Positions 49,039 through 61,621 of a stretch of DNA of 64,000 nt are shown here, piece by piece. Position 1 is the first letter of the stretch; each line of letters begins with the position of its first letter. The DNA comes from Amoebophrya sp. A120. Its lineage: Eukaryota; Protista; Dinoflagellata. Made by a program: the position numbers and the translations under genes. Below the pieces are notes generated by a model. The model saw only the letters and a program-made list of their open reading frames with translations, did no database searches and was not told where the DNA came from. Location: assembly GCA_905178155.1 (NCBI GenBank), contig CAJINV010000001.1:9631865-9695864 (forward strand), in the 5' to 3' direction.

Positions 49039-52000
49039 TCATATATCCGCAGCACTGACAGCGGAATGAAAGCGCTCCGGTTCCGCCCCTTCACCTTGAG
49101 GCGTTGCAGGAGGAACAGGAGTGGCTCCGCGTTCTACAAATGACCTCCTCTCGCCCCCCTGCTCGTCTTCCACTATTTCTTTCTTTCTATCGGTGACGAG
49201 GTGTTTCGCTGTAATGAGGATTCCCGGCAGCAAGACGAGGAGACCAGCGAGGATGAGAAGCATTGGCAACAACGAGATCCATTTCTGTAATTGCTTGTCG
49301 CCGGTCACCCGTGCGGCTCGCTCCTCGTTTTGCAGTCGCGTTGTGCGCTGCTCCGCCGTTTCGGAAAGTTCTGCCGCTCGAGGGGGCGGGACATCCTCCG
49401 CTACCGCAATACTGACGACGGGAAAGTGGTCGGACACTTTTGCAAAGTTTTCCGTGCCGCTTTCGACAAGCTCTGACCATGGGACCCAAGTCCTCACTGT
49501 GCGATAATACCTCTTGTTCAAGGAACCGCTCGCTGTAGTAGAGACCTGGCCTTCTCCACTCTCACTTTCTTGCTGCGCTCCTTCGGCAACACTACTTGTT
49601 TTCAAGATCTTCTGTTCTTGTTCAACACTAGTAGCAACAGCTTCCGAGTACGAAGAGTTCTTTGAAGATGCCTCTGTCCACGACGCTCCACCACTCGCCG
49701 TCTCATTGCTACTTTTGTAGTGTGGCCAGGGGAACACAGCTATCTGGTCAAAATTTGCGGTGTCCAGCATTGCCGCAGTCTGTCCGAAGGCTTCCGCTTC
49801 ACTGTCCCAGGCGATCTTGGCGGCTCCGGTGCCGGCGCAAACATTCTCCACGTCGAGTTTTTTTGCCTGTACGTCTTGCAGCGTGTTTAGTGGGAAAACA
49901 CCGGTCTTCTCGTCTATATCGTACTCCCGGTCCGCCATGGCCGGATTGTTCACGCAGGCGGGACTCAGCAATGGCTGCTGGGTTCCAAACACTTTTTCCG
50001 CAATTAAAGGCTGCATACCTGTCACCATTCGCAAGGCATCCGCCCCGTCGGTCCAGGAAAAGGGAGACAGAAAATCTGTTTCGAAGTAGCTGTTCACCGG
50101 CGTGTGCTGCAGTCGCGGTTGCCCAAAGATCCGCGCAACCGTGTCGGCGTAGTACAAATTCGGTGCGTGGAAGTTGAGGTCGCCGCCAATGACAACGTGG
50201 ACATCGGGACCGTACTGCTGCCGCGCCTGCTTCACCACCGCATCCATGAACAGGGCGAGGGATTTGTACTGGTGGATCAGAATCCTGAAATGCTTTTTTT
50301 CGTCCTCCTCCAACAAACCCGGTTGGTCGGCGGGCATCTTCGCGCGATGCAACTCCTCCGAGGTGAGATTCGCGCCGAACTGTCGCTGGAAAATCGCGCC
50401 GCTATCCGGGATGGCCTGCACGTGCGTGTTGAACAGCACGAAGGTCTGCTGCGTTTGCTTTTTCTGCAACACTCCGGCGACGACGCCCTTGGCACTTATG
50501 GTGTCGTCGCCCGCCACCTCCGAATACCGATGGTACAACCAACCAGTACTCGCGTCGGGTGCCAGAGACGAGTCAAGCGCCGGCTCGGGCCACCACACGA
50601 AACGAAACGAAAACCCTGCGGAAAGGAGAGCGGTGCCTGCAAGAAGCGCGTAGAAAGCCAAAACGTATTTGCATGCCCGGAGATGCACGTTCTTGGCGGG
50701 CCGTGCTGGGGCGTAACTACTCGCGGTCTTCGATTGATTGTCGGTATTTGAATGAGGCGCTGTATCACTATTTCTATCGCCCTGTAGTTGTAGACCACGC
50801 TTATTTTCAACATCGTCAATTTTTCCACTCACTTCGTCTGGTTGTGGCTCGGGCTCCTTCATCTTCGTATCAAGAGAACTGGCCGCTTCGCCGTTCTGGC
50901 CCTGTTCTCCAGCCGTTCCCTTCGAAGGTGCTCCCGCTTCCTTGTGGGTAGAGAACACCAATGCTACGATGGTGCATATGGAGAATACGTGAAGGAACCC
51001 TACTACCAAATGGCGAAGGCCGAGTTTTCCATCGCGCATGTAGTCCACGGCGGCAAACACCAAACCCAGCAGCTCGCCGTCGATGATCTTGGCTGCTGAC
51101 GGCCCGAAGAGCAAGAAGAAAAAGTTCACACTGACAACCACGAGCATCAATCGCAACAAGTATCCGAGGACGACACTATGGTCGTAGATCGACAGGAAGC
51201 CCACAATGCCTTTTTTGTCGCGTTCGTCCGTCATAGCAAATTCTACCTCTTCCGGGTCGTCTGCTCGCAGAGGATGATGTTCATTTTCTTCTGCGGTACT
51301 GAGCTGTGAGCTCCTTGTCGCAATGTCCGCGGCGACGGTGTCTCTGGCTGCTTGCTTCGCGTCCCCGCAGAGAAAAAGCCAACTGTCCGAAGCGACCAGG
51401 ACGATCGTCAGGAAACCGAAGAAAAAGCCCCAGAACAAATAGTCGTAGACCGGGAAGAAAAACCCCGCGTGTTGGACGTCCAACGTGAGGTCCGGCCGCT
51501 TCGCCCAGGCGCCCACTCGCCAGCCGGAGTCGTCGGGATGCTGCGACGCAGTGCCAATGGCGTTCTCCGTCGAAAACTGTACCTCCAACGGGGCATCCGA
51601 AAACTTGAATTCGGATAGCAGAGTAAACTCGTTTGTGTTGTAGCAGGACAGCAGGCCCGAGTTCATGCCCGCGGGATTTACCCGCATGCCAAAGTGCACC
51701 GGGGAACAGTCGATCTCCCTCTCCTTGAGCAGCCGGGTTCGCAGACCAACCGCGGTTTCCATGTCCCAGTGAAAGCCCCAGACCTCCTGGAAAAGCAAAA
51801 AGTCGAAGAAAGTTTTTCCGGTACCACCGGCAGACTTTTCCGTACTAGCCCCACCGTCCGTGGCGGCCCCATCATCGTCATTCGCGCGACCCTGGAATTC
51901 GCTTTGCTGCTCTTGATCGTGCTGCTTATTATTTTCCTCTCCGGCGTCAGTCGCCTCTGCTTCTGCAGATAAGGTAATGGAAGACGCAGCTCTCCTCAAC

Positions 52001-52638
52001 TTTTTCCTTTTCGTCCTTCGATGACTCTGCAAATTCTGCCCAACGACCGCGACCGTACTGGCTTTTTCGCGGGCTTGTCTATCTTCATCGAGAAAGGCCG
52101 TTCGTATGTCGCCGTCGGCGTCGCCGAGTTTTTCTTTCTTTTCTGCCGTCGATAAGAGTTTCTCTTTATCTGTGACGTTCGCCCACGCCGTTGCACCTTC
52201 TTCCAGAGCTGCAGAGTAACCACTACTCTCCCCCTTGAAAAGATTCTCGCGAAAATTTTTGAAAACGATGTCAAACAGCCAATCAGTGCGGATTGACCCC
52301 GGCGGATTGTTCGGAACCATGAAATCTGGCATGAATTGCAGGTTATATGACATCGTGACAACCTGCTCCTGATTTTTCGGTTCGACCAGCACTTTCTTCT
52401 GAGTAGGAGCCGCATGAGTTTCCAATTTCGTTAATGCTATCGCAGCGTTGTTCGTGTCTTCGTGAGATGCGGCTAATGGAACACCGGAGATGGCGGACAT
52501 GCTGGTTCCGGCGGCAGTCGTCAATCTTTCTGGACTCGCGGCAAAAACTTTTTTGGTGGTCGTGATCATTTGTACCACGATTAGAGCCCGGAGCAGAAAG
52601 AATCTGCTCCGGGCGAGGTAAGACAAAAACAAGGGCAT
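49039..52638 (-). CDS. Endonuclease/exonuclease/phosphatase-superfamily (neutral sphingomyelinase-like) multi-pass membrane protein
   Basis: Ordered EEP motifs MSYNLQ, LFQEVW, NSGLL, DDTISAKGV, FNTHVQA, IGGDLN, FDQI and VSDHFPV, plus several hydrophobic helices. Confidence 0.82.
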   Translation of the reverse strand: MPLFLSYLARSRFFLLRALIVVQMITTTKKVFAASPERLTTAAGTSMSAISGVPLAASHEDTNNAAIALTKLETHAAPTQKKVLVEPKNQEQVVTMSYNLQFMPDFMVPNNPPGSIRTDWLFDIVFKNFRENLFKGESSGYSAALEEGATAWANVTDKEKLLSTAEKKEKLGDADGDIRTAFLDEDRQAREKASTVAVVGQNLQSHRRTKRKKLRRAASSITLSAEAEATDAGEENNKQHDQEQQSEFQGRANDDDGAATDGGASTEKSAGGTGKTFFDFLLFQEVWGFHWDMETAVGLRTRLLKEREIDCSPVHFGMRVNPAGMNSGLLSCYNTNEFTLLSEFKFSDAPLEVQFSTENAIGTASQHPDDSGWRVGAWAKRPDLTLDVQHAGFFFPVYDYLFWGFFFGFLTIVLVASDSWLFLCGDAKQAARDTVAADIATRSSQLSTAEENEHHPLRADDPEEVEFAMTDERDKKGIVGFLSIYDHSVVLGYLLRLMLVVVSVNFFFLLFGPSAAKIIDGELLGLVFAAVDYMRDGKLGLRHLVVGFLHVFSICTIVALVFSTHKEAGAPSKGTAGEQGQNGEAASSLDTKMKEPEPQPDEVSGKIDDVENKRGLQLQGDRNSDTAPHSNTDNQSKTASSYAPARPAKNVHLRACKYVLAFYALLAGTALLSAGFSFRFVWWPEPALDSSLAPDASTGWLYHRYSEVAGDDTISAKGVVAGVLQKKQTQQTFVLFNTHVQAIPDSGAIFQRQFGANLTSEELHRAKMPADQPGLLEEDEKKHFRILIHQYKSLALFMDAVVKQARQQYGPDVHVVIGGDLNFHAPNLYYADTVARIFGQPRLQHTPVNSYFETDFLSPFSWTDGADALRMVTGMQPLIAEKVFGTQQPLLSPACVNNPAMADREYDIDEKTGVFPLNTLQDVQAKKLDVENVCAGTGAAKIAWDSEAEAFGQTAAMLDTANFDQIAVFPWPHYKSSNETASGGASWTEASSKNSSYSEAVATSVEQEQKILKTSSVAEGAQQESESGEGQVSTTASGSLNKRYYRTVRTWVPWSELVESGTENFAKVSDHFPVVSIAVAEDVPPPRAAELSETAEQRTTRLQNEERAARVTGDKQLQKWISLLPMLLILAGLLVLLPGILITAKHLVTDRKKEIVEDEQGGERRSFVERGATPVPPATPQGEGAEPERFHSAVSAADI

Positions 52639-53578
52639 TTTCTCCACGCGAGGAAATGTGTACCGGTAAGGCGGCTACAAATTCAAATTCTACAACTAGG
52701 AGCCCTTGTAGTTGAGAATATTTCATTACAAGACCGGCTACAACATCGTCGCGAAGAAGGACGGAGAGAAACAACGATAGCAGTACACGATCAACCAAGG
52801 GTACATCGAGGGAGCCACGATAAAACGATGACTCACACAGACAACGATATTCCGATACTTTCAGACGAAACCATTTTGCAGCGAGTAGCATGACGCGAAC
52901 GAGTCTCCCAACGATAAACCCGAACGACGGCATCCTCGATCACATTGCCTAAATTCCTCGTCCTGATCCTCCGAACGGGAACGAAGCAAGATATAGTCAC
53001 AACAAGCTTCTCGTCTTTATCTTCTTCGCATGAGAATGAGTACAACATCTACCACGATTGATGGGATAAGAACAAGCATTATATGGTGACAGGACGTCCT
53101 CGATGAACGTGACAAGACGAGATGAAAGTTGTACTCTCTGTCCCTTATTTCCTCGTAATATTTGCCCCTCATTACTATCAGCAGAAACACGACGGTATTT
53201 GACTTTCGCACCTGCAAATAAATACGTGTGGAATTACAAGGAGAAAGAAATGATTTTTGTCCAGCGAGACAAATCACACATCGTACGCGTCCACTTGTTG
53301 CTTGCCAATTGCCATTTACTTCCTTGTAGACTTCTGTCACACCTCCCTTTTGATTTTGTCTTTGATCCAGCGAATCTGCGTTGTTCATCTTCTAGGAAAT
53401 TGTTAGAAATACAGATGGGACACAATCATACACAGTCGCCCTATGGAATACTGAATCGCGTTTTCTTAGGGGTGCATAGGCATACACACCCAACTTCGGT
53501 AGCAATCAAAGCAAACGACCTATTGTGCGCATCCATTGGGATTCGCATTTGCAAATGCAATGGGCATGCCGATGCCGA

Positions 53579-56500
53579 TTAGGAATGCGGCAGCTCCCGT
53601 CGATGAGTGTAGAAATAGGCTTCGCCTATCCAAGCGCCTCGCTTAATGATGCCCCGAGACGCAAAAGTAAGTAGCGTCTGCGTTAACTGTTCCTCGGTGA
53701 ACCCGCTCGCAAGAACGTCGGTCTTGACATCCTTGACCATAACATGTATCCCCAGGCCAACCTTTTTTCATTGGAAATTTGGATGGCTCATGATGCTCTG
53801 CAGCTCACTTGTAAATCCTCGAAAAACTGATATTTCAACTCTGAAAAGAAAAAAGCATGCGACCGGTGCATTTAATGGTAGTGGTAGTTTTCGACGCACT
53901 TAGTGAGTGAAAATCTGCCCTAGATTATCTACGGCAAAAAAGAAAGCGCCTGACCTTCAACAGCGCCGCTCGGAGGATTCCCCAGACGGTAGTAGCGTCG
54001 CGCATTGGAAGATCCACTGCCGAAGAACTACTAACAGTGTTCGCATCCGTAGCAACGCCCTTGCCACTGCTGCTGCTACTGCTCGCCGCACTAGCCTCCT
54101 GTCGTTCCGCGACTCGGTCTGCAAGAACCCGCTTCGCTGCTGCGCGTTTCTTCAGAGCCAATTGATGCTGGATAACGACTTCTGTTTCCACGGTATCTCG
54201 GGTAACGAATCTCCACACGTGCACGGTTTTTTTCTGTCCGTACCGTCTCGCTCTTCCAATCGCTTGCGTTTCGTACGCGAGGGCTTTGGAGAAGGTGTTC
54301 GCCACTGGTGTAAATGAGCGATTTTAGTTTCTTTCTATTCCGTTTCAATTTTCCGTGTCGTGCTCCAAACTGAGAAAGAGCCTTTCCCTCGATCCATGAA
54401 ACATCAATCTTACTGTGCTGCCAGTGACCTAAAGATAAACTACCAGTGACAGAAAAAGGACCAAATCCCAAAGCGACCTAGTGAAAATAGTCAGGAAGTG
54501 GTTTCTTGTAGATACTTACCCATGGGATGCGCGAAGAGCACGTGGTTGGCACTGGTGAGATTTGCCCCGGAAGCGTTGTTTTCAAAAGACATCACCAGGA
54601 TCCGGGGCACACCGTGTGGAATGGCTTGACCGGTGGGGTAGGTGACTTGGAAGTCCTTCAGAATTCTCGCCTTGCATGTCGGGGAACCGTACAGAGTCGT
54701 GTAGGGCAAGCGGTACCCGTGGAAAGCGCTCTCAATCTTCTCTTCAATCATTTTCCACTGCGCAAACACGATGCACTTCGCACTCGGGTCGTCCTCCAGG
54801 ATCTTCTGCAACACCAGGATCATGGCTTCAATTTTGGAGCCATACTTTTTGTACGTCTTCCGCTTGTCCTCGGCCAAGATCCTCTCGTGCCGCTCGATGT
54901 GCCCGAACCGGTTGTTGTACAACTCCAGTTTTCCCCAGCTGGTTTCTAGATATTCGGATACTGCCATGTTGGACGACCTCAAATTTTCATATTTCATATC
55001 AAGCATAGTGGATATTACTATTACAGGACGATGAAGTTGTACTGCTGCAGTAGTACCTCAGGCTCAGCGCACGAAGAATAAAAGAATACACAGAGCGGCA
55101 AAGAAAGGCACGAGCACGACTTCTACTTCATCAGATCAAATCGAGTACAATACGCTGGCTCAGCCCCCTTCTCTTTAGGTCCATCGGACTCGGTGTGCTC
55201 TGGCACTTGCGCTTGGTGCTTTTCGATTTGCGCTTCTCTTTTCCGAATGTCGTCCGCCTCTTCGGCAATGTCGCATAAATCGGTGGTCTTCAGATTGGGC
55301 TTCCGGCACGTGGGACAACTTCCATGACTTTGCACTTGTTCCATCAGACACGAGCGACAGAACGCGTGCCCGCAAGGTGTTAAACGAATGTCACGCACCG
55401 CAAATTCTCCTTTGCTGTAGTCGACTGGCTCACTGTTGCCCTTCGCAACTTCCAAGCACACAGGACACTCAAACTCCACGGTAGCGACCTCCTCATTTTC
55501 GTTATCACCTCCGGCAGATGAAACCGCATTGCCTAGACTGGTATCCTGCTGCATAACCGGTGCGGAGGAGGAAGAGCTCGCGGTGGTGTTTGGGTTTGCC
55601 TTCCCCGGTGCCTGAGCCTGGGGACGGCAGAACGTTTTCAGAGTGCGACAAAAGAAAGCAAAGGGCTGGAAGTTCTGCTTCAACTCAACCTCAAGACGCC
55701 TGTGAAAATTCTTCAGCCCGTAATCGAAGACCTGTCGCACGAGCAGCGCAGCCGCATCTTCTCCTTCCCCGCAGTCTGGGCGGCCGGGCACCGTCTGCAG
55801 GGGTGTCATCTGTTTTTCCCAAAATCGCTCGGGATCCATCTTTGGGAAATACGGGTCTAGTCGATCACGGAATTGCAGCTCCTCCGGGCTCAAATTACCG
55901 GGCTTGCTGTTGTCAAACGCCGCGGAGAGCAGGCCGGGCAGTCCCAGGTCCCAGATTGGGTCGAGCTGCTTCGTCGGGTCGTCTCCAAAGGGGTCCCGAA
56001 ATTTAGTAGGAGAGAGTAGCAACCACCGCAAGTACTCGAGTCGCTGCAGCAAATACCGATCGGCGTCCAGTAGATCTAGTTTTCCACCGCGAGAGCCAGG
56101 CGACAGCGGTCCCGCCCGCTGCCTCGCCTCCTGAACGGCTGCGTCGAGCTTGTGGACCAAAGGCGTTGCACTATAATCCCGCTCGTTGCCCCAGTCGCGA
56201 TACAGCCGCTTGGCGCACTCCACCTGTCGCATGGCAGTCGCTACCTGTAGTTTTGTCGAGATGCACAGGAGTTGCTGATCAGACAGGGCTTTGATGCCAT
56301 GAATGATTGATGATAGAAAAGATCGTCAAATCCTGTTGTATCCTGGCCTCACCAATGACTCACTTCTTAAACCAAGAACCTACAAACATTGAATCAATGT
56401 CACATCAGGCCGAGACCGACAAGAGGCGACTAAGCGCATGATCTTTGTTCGTTTTGAGGCTCAAGGAAACGCTCCAGTGATGTCTCTGTATCTTCTGACC

Positions 56501-59500
56501 ACGTACCTTGCTCAAAGCCGCGTCGAGGCGACGTTGGTGCAGTGCGTATACTCGATTGATCTCCTTGTTCGCGGTATCAACTTCGACTCGGTCCACGGTG
56601 GAGAAATTGCAGCACAATTTGATCAGACGCTCACGACTCCGGGTGTCCGTCTTTGCGACGACCAGATTGCCGAAGTCGAGACCTTCGCTGCATATCTTTT
56701 GCTTCTTCAGCGCCGGTTTTTGCTCTGCGTCAGGATTCTGAGCTGCTGCACCTTTTTCGTTTGAATTTTCGTCGTCCTCCTGGTCTACCAATCCTACCTC
56801 GACGTAGTTCAGATTGTTCACTTCGTTCATGTACAGTGCCCGCTCCGACGGAGTCTGCGTCAAGGCAATCACGTGCTCCTGCGTCTCGATCCCTTCCAGC
56901 AACGACTCCGCCGAGTTTTGACGGATGAAGGACTGTTTTTGAGATCACATAGATATACAGCTTTTGGACAAAACTAAAAATGTCGACCCTGCATGCTCTC
57001 TCCCTTACTTTCTTACGTCATCTGCGTTGCTTTTTTCGTAGGGGTCCTCTTTATTTCAGTTAAGACGAAATCAATTAAATGGCAAACGGAACAAGTGCGT
57101 TCGCGTGACAAGGTCACGTAAGAAGAACTTTCAATCATCTAAACCGCAAACCAACCTCCACAAACTTCCGGGCTTGGCTCCAATGCACAGCAGAGTAGTC
57201 CCAAAAGTGCGACTCTGCCAAAAGTTCGAATCTGCGCTCGTCCCTTTTATCAGCTTCCGCAGGCTTCAACATTGCCTCGTTTTCTTGATGAAACTCGTCT
57301 ATCTTCACCCTGGCTGAACTCTGGCAAAATCCACACGAAAGCAGCGCACTTGCTTCCCTCTCGCCGTGTTCGCCCGGCACCTGCTGCGCCCCCTCTTCGT
57401 ACTCTGAGATCGTTACGCAGCCTGCAATGGAGCATACTGGACACGGGACTCGAGGATGAGGAACGGAACTTCCAGCGACGCGCAGCTCTTCGATCTTCCA
57501 TCTTCTCGTCTTTGCAGGGCAGCGCGATCTATTCACTGCTAGATCTTCTTCTGTCGTTTTTAAGTTTTTGGCATTCCAGACGCCCGTCGTGAGGACATTC
57601 TGCACGCGATCGCCCAGGTCCTGCGACTCTTCTTGCAGCCCCACCAGGTCGATGCGGAACAATGACGCCATCCCGACAACAGCCTTCACCGTTTCGACGC
57701 GGGGCGTTCCTGTCAAACCCCAGACGTTTTGCGCATTGAATTGCAGCAGGTTATCAATTTTCTCCACATCCATGCCCTCCAGTTCGTGGAATTCGTCATA
57801 GACAATGCGCTTCCAGAAGAAGTCCTCGAGCAGGCGGCAACTTTGGCTGCGTCTATTAGGTCGGTCAAAATGACCTGGAAGTCGCTGCGCCGGTTCCTCG
57901 GACCCGGCTTCGCGGCGCCGGTTCTCCTGCTCTTGTTCGTATGTCTTCGAGTACAAAAGCCTGTACGTGCACATAATCACGTCGTAGTCCTCTACGTACG
58001 CCCTCTGTGGCTTCTTCATGTCCGACACTGTTCGCACCACGAGGACTCTCAGGCGGCGTCCTGCGTCGAACTTACTGATCTCTTGCGACCACTGGCCAAT
58101 CAAATGGCTCGGGACGAGTATGACGGTGGCGTTGGAGCGGATCAGTTTGCGGCCGTCCTCTGTGACGATGTAACGCAAGCCGCCGTCGTCGCTCGCTGCT
58201 CCCACGCTGGTGGTGCTCTCTGACGCAGTGGACACGTTCTGATCTGCTGCCCTCGCACTGTGCCGAACGGACTCCATGTCTTTCGAATCGATGCGGAGAA
58301 GAGAACCAGGGCCACGCGGGGGCGCGACATTGTTTTCGCTGATGCTAGAGGAAATCAAACCGATACAGGTTGCTGTCTTGCCGTATCCCACCTTGTCCGC
58401 GAGAATCCCTCCGCCGATTGGTGTGCCGATCTTGATCGTCACCTGCAGAAAGCAATCAAGAACGTCCGTAAATCGGAAGACGCGGACGATTTCGGTAGTG
58501 TGTGTACTTGCCTGCCGCTCACGTTCCTGCATCCAGCGCAAGGACCGAAGTTGCTCAGGCCGAAGTGGAAACGTCTTGCTCCAGCCTGGAGGCATGGTTG
58601 CCGGAAGATCGTGATCGTTGTTCGGGAGTTCAAATTCTGCTTGCACGTCCATAGTGCCGATGCGCGTCAACTGCGGCAGCTCTTCGATTCTTCGAACTTG
58701 CAAATTGTACGAGACTTCTCGGTTTGGGTACAGGAAACGGACGCGCTTCACGCTCTCCTGTACGACGCGGCTCACATGGAGCTTCATCACGTCACCGCTG
58801 TTTGTTCTGAAAAAATCATAAAACCAGCTGTGCCGCGGAATGGCGAGCTCTGCACCGGGATGGTCTTCGACCTCTCTGTAGAAGCGATTCAGGTGGTACC
58901 GCCACAACTGCTCATCGGCTTTGTCGTTTTTCCTTTGGACGTGTCCGAACCACGGGCGGCTACGATCTTGAAACCAACGGGGCTCCTTGTGGTCCGCGTT
59001 CTCTTCACTAAGAACCTCAAAGGAAAGGAAGTCGCCCTGTTTTTCCTTCCAATCGTCACCGAGCGCCATTTTGTAGGGTTGATGACAGATGTAGCGCACG
59101 TCAAACCCCACCAGGTGCGGGCACAGCATATGCGACATGGTGTTGGCATCGCAAGCAAAATGACGGCCGAATTCGATGGCTCCCTTGCGGCCGTACTTCC
59201 ACAACTCTTTCCACCCGTAGTGGACGTGTTTCGGCGGGCCACCGAGGAAACGCGTCTGTGCCATGTCGTCGCGGAATCCCTCAGTAATGGTCTCCCCCTG
59301 AAAAACCCCTGCTGGTCGGTTCCACTTGAAGGAAATTCCGTAATCGCTGTTAGCTGTTCCTTCTTCACGATCTCCTATTCCCTCAATGCCGGCATGCTCG
59401 GCCGCGGCGAACGCTGCGGGCCTTTTTCCGCGCGCGACCGTGCTGAGAGTGGGTGGGGCCCCGGCCGCTGCGGCTGTGATGCTGCATGCGGGATCCCGCA

Positions 59501-60608
59501 GCAGGTCCGTCAGGTGGACGACATCCGATGCGCTCGCAGCTCCTTCCCGAACCAGGAACGGCACAGAAGCGAATTCTATGTCCCGGGCAGCGCTACTTGC
59601 GGGATCGTCCTCGTCCGACTCCGCGAACAGATATCGGCCCGGGTAGAAAGGCAGTGACTGCGACCGTACCAACATTGCTTTCGAGATGAGTGCGCGATGC
59701 AGCCGAAGGAATTTTCCAAGCTGTTCGTTCGCCTCCTCCGCTCTTGCACCGAAAATCTCCGGGTCCAGGCGCACTTGTTCCGGCATCCGCAGCAGCGGAA
59801 CGTCTGCGCCTACGGGGGGCTTTGGCGTTTCCCGACGTTTGTACCACTGGCCCCCGTCGGTGTTGTAGATGCGCCCCGGCTGTGTGCGTGCCGGATCTAA
59901 CCTGAATGCGTAATTGAAGCCGGTGTCGTCGTCACACTGAAGCATTCCATCAGCAAAGAATATCCATTGTTTGATCTTCATTTTTCGAAATTTTCCTCCG
60001 CCAGTAGAGATGTTCGCCCGCTTCAGTGCCTCGTTGTAGGCACTCTCCTCGCTGGCCTCGCCTTTTTGTTTGTGGCCCTTGAGGTCTGCGCCTCCGGAGG
60101 CGGAGCTTGACGACGATCCCGATGACGAAGAAGAGCCGGTCGTAGTACCTGTCGCAGGAGTGGACTCCGCTGCAACGTTACCTGTACCCACCGACTTCGC
60201 ATCAAATTCTCGCAACAAATGTGGATATAACAAATCACGAATCCTCAATGAGGATTCGTTTTTGATTTTACGAGTCATCGGGTTTGTACTCTGGCCATCG
60301 CGCAGTGTCTTGCTGGCGTCGTTTCTCGGCTCTTGTGCGTTATGTCCTAGTATGGGACTACGGCTGCGCTGTTCAAAGTCGTTGCCTCGCACCCGCTGGC
60401 CCGGCGAGTTCTTGGCTTTCTGCATCAGAAGTGCCGCCACTTCTAGGGGATTATCGGGCTGCGCCAGACTGGCATCATCCAGCACGGCATTCAAAAGCTT
60501 TTCCGCATCGCCGCCATAATATCCAAACAAGAGCTCTGCAACTTCCGCAGAACAGCCTGTAGTCGCAATCACGAGATCCACCATTGTTTCGCTTGATTGA
60601 AGATTCAT
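53579..60608 (-). CDS. SNF2-family ATPase with RING finger (DNMT5/Rad5-16-like), multi-exon, copy 1
   Basis: PLRPEQLRSLRWM, GGILADKVGYGKT (Walker A), VYDEFH (Walker B), WGLTGTP, RING CPVC..CGHAFCRSC..CPTC, YGSKI..IVFAQW, ASGANLTSANHV and QAIGRARRYGQKKTVHVWRF. GT-AG introns link the ORFs; the last exon is 53579-53761. The start codon is uncertain. Confidence 0.88.
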
Positions 60609-61621
60609 ACAATTACGCCTACAACTTACTAACTCCCAACTTGACGACTCATCTGAGAGATCAAAGTAGCCAGTGCCAGTCGCACGACGAATATTTGTAA
60701 TCCCCACGATCTTGAATCGAGCTCAAATGAAGAATGCCAATGCCTATGACAAGTGCACATATTCTTCATGTGGTCCTGCACTTCTTCTCTAGTTTTCCTT
60801 GCGTTTTTTGTACGCGATTTTTTTTTCTACTACTTTTTACGAAGCTACTTTTTACAATATCCGGTTAAAAACATGGGCATATTCAGCGCAATCAATAGAC
60901 AGCTGCTTTCAGTTTCGCGCAACCACGCCAAATTGAAATTTCACGGAGTTCCTGAAGTTTCTTTCTTCATCGGCGGTTTCAGAAGACAACGGTTTTTCTT
61001 TTTCGACTCCAACATATGAATCAAAAGCCACAGAATAGACATGGAGTTTTCTTCTATTTCTACTTCTAGTAAGTATCTGCATCCGGCAATCCTGGACATC
61101 AAAAGCGGCCACCATACAACATCAAATATTCGTCTAGAACTACAACGCTGTGACTCACAACTACTGACGAACTGCAACCAAACTATTCCTATTCATCGCA
61201 CAACTCAAATTTTCCATTTCTGTGGTCTCTTTGATACTGCATCTTGTATCTTACAAAGGTGAATATACATTTCAGTTTATCTTTCTGTTTTCTATTTCTT
61301 CAGTGCCTCTTCAAGATTGTATAATCTCGATAATTCGCGTCAATTTTCTTCTACAGCTGATTAGACTCGCTTCATATTTTAGCTACAAACATAGAAACAT
61401 GCGTCCGAGCTCCTCGTATCCGCGTTCTGCAGCAGCTCAAACGGTAGATTGATTGGAGGTGCAGGTATTTCCTTTCTTTCATAGGAATCAGGGGATGAGT
61501 TTCGTTTTTATCGTTCTACTTTATTACTTGATTCGATATCGATTTTGAGTGTGAGATGTAGACAAACAATTAAAAGAAAACGACACACATACGCTATTGG
61601 ATAAATTTGGTTTTTACGGTT

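Noticed and set aside
53690-53710. Suspected frameshift in the last exon of SNF2 copy 1
   Set aside because: Re-reading gives GCG AGC GGG TTC ACC GAG, which is in frame; no lesion.
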